Shown: positions 58,401-64,000 of the stretch, piece after piece | Layout of the letters: each line of letters starts with the position of its first letter | Position numbering within the stretch: position 1 is the first letter of the stretch | Assembly: GCA_041641305.1 (NCBI GenBank) | Contig: JBEPYN010000002.1 | Location: 224,001 to 288,000 of the forward strand | Direction: 5' to 3' | Length of the DNA stretch: 64,000 bases | From: Nitrososphaerota archaeon | GTDB taxonomy: Archaea; Thermoproteota; Nitrososphaeria_A; Caldarchaeales; Caldarchaeaceae | Notes under the pieces: generated by a model | What the model was told of the DNA's origin: nothing | Seen by the model: the letters and a program-made list of their open reading frames with translations, nothing else | Database searches by the model: none | Program-made: the position numbers and the translations under genes

Positions 58401-60352
58401 GCGCAGACAACCCCAACAGAGGAACAACCAGCAACTACTGGAGAAACTGGGTCAGCCAAGCCATCGACCCAATCACCGGACAGCCCGTCAACCTACACGT
58501 CGGCGACCAGCAACAGGTGCCCGGCGTCGACCTCGGCATACAGTACATGGGCTACGGCAGACCATACGAAGGACTAGCACGTGAAACAAAGGTCATAGCG
58601 TTTAGCAACGACCCAGACAACAGAGCCCACAGGCCATTCATCAAGATGTTCGAGTTCCAGAACGTCTCCGCCAGAATCACAGACTTCAACGGCAGACCAC
58701 TGCCCGGAGCATTCTACCAGATAGTAGATGCGCAGACAGGCAAATCCGCCGCATGGAGCTACGCTGGACCGGACGGCAAAATAGTGCCCATGCCGATCAG
58801 AAAGCCCGGAGGAGTCTTCATCCAGAGAGTCCTCTACCTCGGACAGGGAGCCAACGGGGAACCCACATGGCCTGTCAACAGCTTCGCAAGATGGCCAATA
58901 GCCTATGACAGCAGAGACGACGAAACCACACAGGAGACACAGAAACCAGACATACCGCTAGGCTTCGCATACACAGCCGAAGCCGGACCCTGGCCCACAG
59001 GAGACGGATGGTTAGGAGCAGAGGTCTGCAGCCTCGTAGGCGACCACTGGTACCAATACTACACAACGGAGCGAATCTACATAAGTGGCAGAGGCAACGT
59101 GTATGACCAGAGACCGCTCGTCACACCGATTACCGAGAGCTTCGCCAGCTGCCCGCCGGCAGGCTGGGGCAGAAGCTTCGACGTCATCACACGCATCTTC
59201 GACCTCCGGATAAGGTTCGTCTACGGCGACGCACAGAGACCAGCCGACCCGGCATACGTCTTCAGCGCACCAAGCCTCGCACTACCCGACCAGTTCACCA
59301 TACGCGGACAAGGAGCCATCTTCGAAGCCAAACGCCTCGCAAGAAGCTCCTACGACATCGTCGCACTCTGGCCAGACGCAAACGGCGAGGAAGTTGGTAG
59401 AAGAACATTCGACGTCAGCAGAACCAACGTCGGAACAGTCGAAGGCACAGTCGTACTCGCACTCAGAGATGTCAGCTTCAACGTCGTCGACAGACAGGGT
59501 AGAGCCGTCTCGGGCGCAAGAGTAAGCGTCTCACCCAACCTCGTCAGAGAACAGGACATCCAGCTCAGACCCGACAGCATCTTCACAATCCTGCGCGTAC
59601 CCGATGGCAGAACCTACGACTTCACAGTAGAATGGACAAGCCCATACGGAACAACAGCCAGAGCAGCAGTAAGAGACACACCGGCAGGACTACAGAGCAG
59701 AGGCAGCATAGTCATACCCGTAGACGACGTAACCCTAACAGTAGTCGACTTCGACGGCAGACCCGTGGCAGGCGCAGCCATAACCTTCGGCGGCCAACAA
59801 GCAGGCACAACAGACAGCCAGGGCATCGTCGTCGTCGGACAAGTACCGCTCGACAACGAGTACCAGATAACCGTCACCAAGGACAGTACACCAATAGGCG
59901 AAGACAGAGTAAGGTTCACGGCATCCAGAACATCGGCCACCATCCAGGCAGGCGTATACGACATCGCCGTCATCGTCAGAGGTGCAGCAGGCCAGCCGAT
60001 ACAGGGCGCAACAGTTGAGCTCCAGAGAGGCGGAACCACAATAGCCACAGCGTCAACAGACTCCAGCGGCACAGCCGTCTTCACCAAAGTCATAGGCGCC
60101 GACTACTCCGTCAGAGCAACCTACGAACAATTCACCCAGAGCACCAACGTGCCAAGAGGCACAAGAAGCGCCACACTCGTCCTCGACCTCTACACCGTCC
60201 TACTCGGCGTGCCCATGACCCTCGCCACATTCCTTGCACTGATCATCGGCCTCATACTGCTGGTCATCGTCATCGTCGTCATCGTCAGCGAATACATCCG
60301 CTGGAGAGGACGCCGCCTCGGCATCTACCCAGCAGCACCACCCAAGAAATAA
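52454..60352 (+). CDS. Very large secreted, C-terminally anchored surface (S-layer-like) glycoprotein with carboxypeptidase-regulatory-like beta-sandwich repeats
   Basis: Signal peptide ending AFA-Q; many N-x-S/T sequons; repeated V.D..G.P..GA.V....TD..G motifs; C-terminal TM plus basic tail. Confidence 0.85.
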   Translation: MIGKSQAVLLALLLALPTAFLGASLVAPAFAQTNYTAWLKIVTSAWEGTPTVYPPVTPDPARTGYAERYNVTNVCVEVYRFKQPRQDHDFNNPNWARNFLGNLTWEGPALPVTDRPNGTGFIQIRWPAGWDNFTVIVKARSYQGDCIGAGNPFRGIIVYWLTVNATERFKHALIGAPWVLTPTIPYGSNVTLNDDGIWDIHPGAFDFNLPRADLGSGPVDFLDNATSIGYDPKWFAGNFSTPGRAWVARAAYMFKVFHEHSWYSLKDNLTYATIFIYDTDHTDAGSSTSLLQAAITGNDGQSRYTREIYPAYQGLNEYGPGTRGRYADNRLVPIPLQILNLGNKTAFHGGIVAPDTAPNTRSPIGAPHLNATKRVWWETVLVNQTLYVGDEYNGTAGFVDLAPSLNKWRPLFGGFSADPTLSSTVTQGGVTGVAAGPLSLALNHTAVPRSASATDGFDTWPVTEANVTITANFNNNTVFYARFCVQDADLNIQHPEVGDKMVGAEVTLNFKTSANTPYYLAHSIHTTGSDGCTDDPHKWPGYLSKFSRYGRFPNGTDWSLRGSLNASYFFNPVDDASPVWRPGGYFERAWGGSWQGPYINAGRNWSALIPEITYMKTRTLSDDPRWGGFEIQVKWKGGSRNGYGGSPVLVDSVRVRNPYAIAATNTTTYNGWKRPNLDSTPGDDDTVWNFVLVKIHEVAGDTFTIGTKVLRPPVTLMLNSTGPITIVLGGFDPVAETLNIAVTGTVDVWIVENATLADDTVTDPAIIGAKASIKYHEARTGSNILNGQFFGDGWLDIGPDGVPDNTGIGAFTLGTTAETGAAEVEIWPGPVGTGTLRVLLSQNNTDIATYIDFTGGMLLGGTPTIPAWNLFANARQVILLQPLAEHEAPDIALYRTGLVYITAKVHDIAYRLVDNLGNPIPAAKTAVTLSRGNGPNVVKEGAGSDPDRLLGGLGWSYNIHGEGWAVFYQLPMESAYTVTVTYDGVPVGEASIDKLTHTIMEDLVVNVFKVKLVFVDCEDSPLSREAFVRITPPSPATPYTSQLDSTGALDFGYLAGGEYTINGVWWKGVWVKFAEARIGSRTLSLNPDGSFTFTVDSNIDAPIKLKALINDFVFTTWDFNQDNKIPRLNITLTWVGEHPLTGRRMYFLETMDPPIDTNTDPFNTSVAFSQFFRYDIDHFFGGVSKANGLKTYGDVRYIFYKMPSTYYNITVTTVTSGDAETVQTPGNSKWPGRTVPVDYEIKIDWTSHSSAPKVRNTPATINDRVVLRVYMTWGGQFVTDPDLNPIGNATLYTTCGPVNIDLLTWAHTFYQRIVDGDFDYLNEARRIGNATYHIVNDNGVMMEMYIPEEGVFSSLFVSKWTEDTLLTTWLKAESQHSSNIWWNGTYRKQDLQFYDYVYPLEFTRGEEPWARFYDRVGLTGSGWLTTQRGPLTSPGPGGDVRPGDSFLITEFFNVTTGQNDNAKYPTHNFTVVGSEGLWNQQRWRWEQAVADGLVPEVPARPYSLVFEKQVVTVPIPVGFITLNLKDEDLARPIPYAVVQLDVYYDDSGTAERSSSVLYKTGANGNLTLLYPTQEAMENILGSSVVNYTLTVYWYLNSSIVYKDAFNLTKRGYSVDKVAIADVTFVLAISANKDRPVKDLYARIWWFNVTDGETVFPGRITVDHARKTWTYTAVPETRGAAKWTTGQLTLPWLPTSERFTRTDWDLVFDSDEGRWVYDEITKTWDIPYPSYSDGAPIDGWPYNPVPTGYYRALSFTENARIQYRISVWSDQLPIDPSLPQYGSGAWSRPAPQPAAGDHYELVWTRLSTGDTSVPVFRFAWMLFGHPPFDITYYRGPDAVGIFQPIPGYALTRTWTATPAPGSKVVAIKLNATDVDIPVFWQVGDLELGTYDCGPLVGYIVKGRIVPPLGATFGPRTIDAVTTPGTITVGDKTVNVCIVGKPVGLVTVASGDTPSTVIWGNSSLVIDEVSPPPSIWYNDGTGQAGADNPNRGTTSNYWRNWVSQAIDPITGQPVNLHVGDQQQVPGVDLGIQYMGYGRPYEGLARETKVIAFSNDPDNRAHRPFIKMFEFQNVSARITDFNGRPLPGAFYQIVDAQTGKSAAWSYAGPDGKIVPMPIRKPGGVFIQRVLYLGQGANGEPTWPVNSFARWPIAYDSRDDETTQETQKPDIPLGFAYTAEAGPWPTGDGWLGAEVCSLVGDHWYQYYTTERIYISGRGNVYDQRPLVTPITESFASCPPAGWGRSFDVITRIFDLRIRFVYGDAQRPADPAYVFSAPSLALPDQFTIRGQGAIFEAKRLARSSYDIVALWPDANGEEVGRRTFDVSRTNVGTVEGTVVLALRDVSFNVVDRQGRAVSGARVSVSPNLVREQDIQLRPDSIFTILRVPDGRTYDFTVEWTSPYGTTARAAVRDTPAGLQSRGSIVIPVDDVTLTVVDFDGRPVAGAAITFGGQQAGTTDSQGIVVVGQVPLDNEYQITVTKDSTPIGEDRVRFTASRTSATIQAGVYDIAVIVRGAAGQPIQGATVELQRGGTTIATASTDSSGTAVFTKVIGADYSVRATYEQFTQSTNVPRGTRSATLVLDLYTVLLGVPMTLATFLALIIGLILLVIVIVVIVSEYIRWRGRRLGIYPAAPPKK

Positions 60353-60498
60353 ACACCAAAAACCCCCCTACCTTTTCTAAACACCCCTCAAATTTTTTAT
60401 AAACCATCCAAAGCCTAGCGCATGGTATTGACGGGATAATTTCGAGACATTTCAACACGGAAAACGTTTTTAGTTACACGGTTGACAAGGCTTTCGGA

Positions 60499-61566
60499 AT
60501 GCGTTCAGCAACCATTTTACTGGCCGCCAGCATCGTTTTAGCCATGTTGTTTACAGTTACTGCTCAGACGGGGGACCCATGTATCACAACGGATAAGCGG
60601 ATAAACCTCGCCGAGGAAAGTCTACCGCCGATACAGTCCAAGCTCGAGGGAAGGCTGCGAGAGGATTTCTACAGGTTTGAGAACCTGAGGCCCGGAGAGA
60701 GGCTTGTCCTCAAGGTAACCGTCACGACAAACACCTCGACAGGGCTAAACACGTTGCTGATGTGGGAGATAAAACCCAACCAATTCACCCGCGTAGGCGG
60801 TGAACAAACAATCCAGTCAGGCGGCCCACTTGACTATGTTTACGCCTGGACACACACAAACTTCGGCGACAACACACCCACCACGCTCTGCTTCAAAATA
60901 GGCATCTTCTCCGAAGCGAGACCCGCCAAAGCAGACTACGTCATCACACTGGGGCTCGAGCGGTTCATGGACACAGGGGGAAAAGAAGCCCCCGACAAAC
61001 TAGAGAAAGCGACGTCGATAGGCATGTTGAGGACAGGTGAAACAACCATAGTTTCAGGCTATTTGACCAACTCAAACGACGGACTTGACTACGTCGACAT
61101 ATACGTCTTTACGGCGGCGCTGGGAAAAGGGAAACAGTTGACCGCAACCCTTACTACACAGCCGGGAAACATCTACGAGTTCGCCATCCTAGACCAGACA
61201 GGCTACGGACTCAGAAGCAATAGAACAAACGCGAACGGAGAGGCTGCGGTGACTCTGGAAACAGAGGATACAGGTGAGAAGACCTACTACGTCAGGGTCG
61301 CGAACCAGGGCGGAGTAGGTGGAGGAGGCGCCTACACCATATCCCTGGACATAAAGGAGGTCACCACGTCCACAACCGCTGCAACAACAACAAAGACAAC
61401 CGTAGAAACAACCACAGAGCTCGCCTCGCCCAGCCTATCACGTGAAACAGCCCAGCTCATAGTCTACGGCACAGCAACAGGCATAGCCGTCCTCGCAGTC
61501 GCAGCAACCGTCATAATGAGGAGAAGAAGCCAAACCATCGTCGTCGAAGAAAACCAGTGGTACTAA
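60499..61566 (+). CDS. Secreted membrane-anchored protein with beta-rich (PPC-like) domains and Thr-rich linker
   Basis: Signal peptide, D.VDIY.F and YYVRV...G.YT.S motifs, TTSTTAATTT linker, C-terminal TM followed by RRR. Confidence 0.75.
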   Translation: MRSATILLAASIVLAMLFTVTAQTGDPCITTDKRINLAEESLPPIQSKLEGRLREDFYRFENLRPGERLVLKVTVTTNTSTGLNTLLMWEIKPNQFTRVGGEQTIQSGGPLDYVYAWTHTNFGDNTPTTLCFKIGIFSEARPAKADYVITLGLERFMDTGGKEAPDKLEKATSIGMLRTGETTIVSGYLTNSNDGLDYVDIYVFTAALGKGKQLTATLTTQPGNIYEFAILDQTGYGLRSNRTNANGEAAVTLETEDTGEKTYYVRVANQGGVGGGGAYTISLDIKEVTTSTTAATTTKTTVETTTELASPSLSRETAQLIVYGTATGIAVLAVAATVIMRRRSQTIVVEENQWY

Positions 61567-61898
61567 ATCTTCAAAATGTTGCGGCCAATTTTCGTGAAAT
61601 AGTGCTCAGCCTCCTCGGACCTGACGATGTGGAGCTCGAAGGGATGGTAGACGGGGAGGCCGGCGGCCCTTTCAATCTCCACCTTCAAAGCACCCCGTTC
61701 AAGCATCGACTCGGGAACCCTGTCTGAGACAACCAAGACATCCACATCGCTCGACGCCACATAATCACCTGAGACAACGCTGCCGAACACATACACATCC
61801 GCATCCCCCAAAACCCTCCTAACAGCCTCCGCCACCACGCCGACAAATTCTCTCCAACGCCTCAGCATCTCAGCCCTTCTAAGAGCAGTCTCCATCAT
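61563..61898 (-). CDS. Minimal nucleotidyltransferase (MNT)
   Basis: VYVFGSVVSG.....SDVDVLVV, PFELH. Confidence 0.88.
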   Translation of the reverse strand: MMETALRRAEMLRRWREFVGVVAEAVRRVLGDADVYVFGSVVSGDYVASSDVDVLVVSDRVPESMLERGALKVEIERAAGLPVYHPFELHIVRSEEAEHYFTKIGRNILKI

Positions 61899-62296
61899 GC
61901 CAGAAAACCCGCCACACCGTCAACAAGGCGAAACAACTCGCGGACAACCCCTAAAAACTCCACGGCATCCATCTCCGAATACTCCTTCGGAAAATACCTC
62001 GCCATAATGTAGACATCCTCCAAGCTTGAGAGAACGGTTCTCCTCTCTTCGCCAAACCTCCAAAGCTCATCGTTTCTCGAGGCCTCTGCCAGTTCCCACA
62101 CGAGACACCTCAGGCTAAGAGTCCTGCTATATTCTCCGACGAGTTTGAGGAGAGCGGCCTTGAGATAAAGCTGGGCAGCCTGCTCCAGCATGAAACACGC
62201 CAAATCATACTTCTTCTCCGCAATCGCTTTCTCAGCCATGGCAAGGAAATCTACACCTCTGCGCCTCAACACCTCTACCTCATCCCGCCTAACCAT
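61895..62296 (-). CDS. HEPN domain protein
   Basis: YDLACF.LEQAAQL.LKA.L, LED.Y..ARY; ATGA-coupled to MNT. Confidence 0.88.
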   Translation of the reverse strand: MVRRDEVEVLRRRGVDFLAMAEKAIAEKKYDLACFMLEQAAQLYLKAALLKLVGEYSRTLSLRCLVWELAEASRNDELWRFGEERRTVLSSLEDVYIMARYFPKEYSEMDAVEFLGVVRELFRLVDGVAGFLA

Positions 62297-62350
62297 CCCA
62301 ACGAATCATTCTGCAGCAGCCTAATAAGTAGTCCATGCATATGAAAATCT

Positions 62351-62779
62351 ATGAGCATGTCCCGGGCGGGGTTTCGCCAGCTCCCACACATGGCCGACAT
62401 CTACATCGAGGCATATGGATCATCGTTGGAGGAGGCGTTTGAGCAGGCTGGTCTCGCCCTCTTCAAAACGCTTGTCCTAAACGCGTCGGAGAAAACTGTC
62501 TCGGCAACAGTCGAGGCCCGTGGACAAGACCTCATGGAGCTCCTATACGACTGGCTCGAAAAACTCCTCCACAAATTCGAGATAGACAACATAGTCGCCA
62601 CAGAGATAAAAGTCAACAGAATCATGAGAAACGGAGAATACAGGCTCGAGGCCACACTATGGGGAGAACCCTACAACAGAGAAAAACACCAGACAGGCAC
62701 AGCCGTGAAATCACCAACCTACGCGTTGATGGAGATAGACACGGAGAAAAACACTGTACGCTTCGTCCTCGACATATAA
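62351..62779 (+). CDS. Archease
   Basis: H.ADI.IEAYG..LEEAF, LLYDWLE.LL, VK..TY, FVLDI C-terminus. Confidence 0.93.
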   Translation: MSMSRAGFRQLPHMADIYIEAYGSSLEEAFEQAGLALFKTLVLNASEKTVSATVEARGQDLMELLYDWLEKLLHKFEIDNIVATEIKVNRIMRNGEYRLEATLWGEPYNREKHQTGTAVKSPTYALMEIDTEKNTVRFVLDI

Positions 62780-62824
62780 CGTTCCCGACGCAGGAGCATA
62801 GAGATAAAGCCTCGGCAGATAGCC

Positions 62825-63679
62825 ATGCAACAGGCCTCCGGCATGAAAACCTTCGCGGTTTTTCTTCCACATTCTTTCACGGCTGAGGTGCCCAGCTTCC
62901 GAGAAGCCACCATGAAGATCGGGTTCGTCGGCAGAGTTCTCGCCACTTTCAGAGTTGATGAGCTTGTTCTCTACCCAGACGAGCCCGGGGCCCCGCGTCT
63001 ACGAAACGCTCAGCTGATAAAGGAGCTTCTCGACTACCTGGTAACAGCACCCTACCTACGCTCCAAAATCTACCCTCTTAAGCCGAGCCTCCGCTACGCA
63101 GGCCTCCTGCCGCCGCTCAACATACCCACACACCCCGAGGCAGAAGCGTTGAAAAAAGAGGGAACACACTATAGGCAGGCACTTGTCACGGCGTCGGGGC
63201 AGACATCACTCCTCGAGGCCGGCATGGGCAAGCCGCTGAAAATCTCCCGAAAGCTTCCAAAAAACACGATAGTAACACTACGAGTGAAAGTTAAGGAGGG
63301 CCGAATCAAGTACGCGGTTGTAGGAAAAAAATCAGGCGAAACATACACAGGGTTCAGGACACGTGTCGTCAAGAGCATCGAAGAAGCCCTCAAACCCTAC
63401 AGCTTCAGGCTCGCAACCTCGCGCCTCGGTGAACCAATCAACAAGGTCTACACACTGGTCGCCCAACAGCTAAGAGAATCAACCAAAACATGCATCGTCC
63501 TCGGAGCAGCCGACAAAGGCCTCCACGAAATAGCGCAAGCCCACGGACTCGATTACAGCAGCCTCTTCACACTAACCGTCAACACAGCACCCAACCAAGG
63601 CGTCAAAACAATCAGAACAGAAGAAGCCCTCGCATACACCCTCGCAATACTCAACCTCGCAAAAACATTAACCATATAA
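62825..63679 (+). CDS. SPOUT RNA methyltransferase (DUF171 family)
   Basis: T.K.G...R....FRVD, YL.T.PYLR, L.YAG.LPPL..P.H, TSR.G, N..P.QG.KTIRTEEA. Confidence 0.9.
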   Translation: MQQASGMKTFAVFLPHSFTAEVPSFREATMKIGFVGRVLATFRVDELVLYPDEPGAPRLRNAQLIKELLDYLVTAPYLRSKIYPLKPSLRYAGLLPPLNIPTHPEAEALKKEGTHYRQALVTASGQTSLLEAGMGKPLKISRKLPKNTIVTLRVKVKEGRIKYAVVGKKSGETYTGFRTRVVKSIEEALKPYSFRLATSRLGEPINKVYTLVAQQLRESTKTCIVLGAADKGLHEIAQAHGLDYSSLFTLTVNTAPNQGVKTIRTEEALAYTLAILNLAKTLTI

Positions 63680-63705
63680 TACGCATACAACAACCATGGA
63701 TAGGT

Positions 63706-63803
63706 GCCGGGGTACCCAAGCCAGGATAAGGGGCGGGCCTTGAGACATGACGGGAAAGCCCGTGGCCGCACAGGCCTCGTGGGTTCAAATCCCACCCCCG
63801 GCG
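63706..63803 (+). tRNA. tRNA-Ser(TGA) with 12-nt intron at 37/38
   Basis: GCCGGGG/CCCCGGC-G acceptor, CGGGC-CTTGAG|ACATGACGGGAA|A-GCCCG (intron 63745-63756), long variable arm, T-arm GTGGGTTCAAATCCCAC. Confidence 0.93.
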
Positions 63804-64000
63804 TAATTAATTAGTATGAACCCAACTCTATCATAGAACCTCTCATTGAATAATTTGCTGATAGTCAGGTAATATGTATGTTTCTCCCGTTTGTATGGTT
63901 TTCCTGATATCGGGTCCTTCAAAGGAGTTCCAGCTGGACTACGTATCTTCGGATGTTTCTGGGTCGTTCTTATTCCCAGCCTAAGGAGAACTCTTCTAAC
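63785..64000 (-). CDS. Partial (3' end) probable LAGLIDADG homing endonuclease-like protein
   Basis: Open frame from the window edge: VRRVLLRLGIR...YYLTISK...RFYDRVGF...*, typical of a LAGLIDADG C-terminus; AT-richer than host; stop lies in the tRNA T-loop. Confidence 0.55.
   Translation of the reverse strand, partial: VRRVLLRLGIRTTQKHPKIRSPAGTPLKDPISGKPYKREKHTYYLTISKLFNERFYDRVGFILINYAGGGI

Overview
Archaeal chromosomal window of about 50-55% GC (estimated by eye). Gene content (rps19e, Rpp21, deoxyhypusine synthase, archease, BHB-intron tRNAs, FtsZ, Csa1-type Cas4) points to a thermophilic TACK archaeon, most plausibly Aigarchaeota/Caldarchaeales; this is an inference and no search was run. 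It holds about 58 CDS, mostly housekeeping and metabolic: 2-oxoacid dehydrogenase E1, split glutamate synthase, cdrS-ftsZ, a Liv-type ABC transporter, pyrimidine synthesis, Entner-Doudoroff-type aldolase/kinase and a roughly 2630-aa surface protein. There are four tRNA genes, three with introns: Leu-GAG (21/22), Gln-CTG (21/22 and 37/38) and Ser-TGA (37/38); Gln-TTG has none. Accessory elements are a small defence island (lone Cas4/Csa1, a 6-repeat CRISPR array, a DNA methyltransferase and a coupled unknown ORF), a second MTase plus unknown ORF pair, two HEPN-MNT pairs and a probable LAGLIDADG ORF running into tRNA-Ser. The most notable observations are: a translationally coupled crtI-crtB-lycopene elongase-pyrimidine-dimer-glycosylase-like operon (putative pigment plus UV-repair cassette); the Cas4-only CRISPR/MTase island; a PyrI-PyrE fusion; and a recurring kilobase-scale G/T versus C/A strand-composition oscillation that flips at intergenic regions. 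All product calls come from motif recognition by eye.
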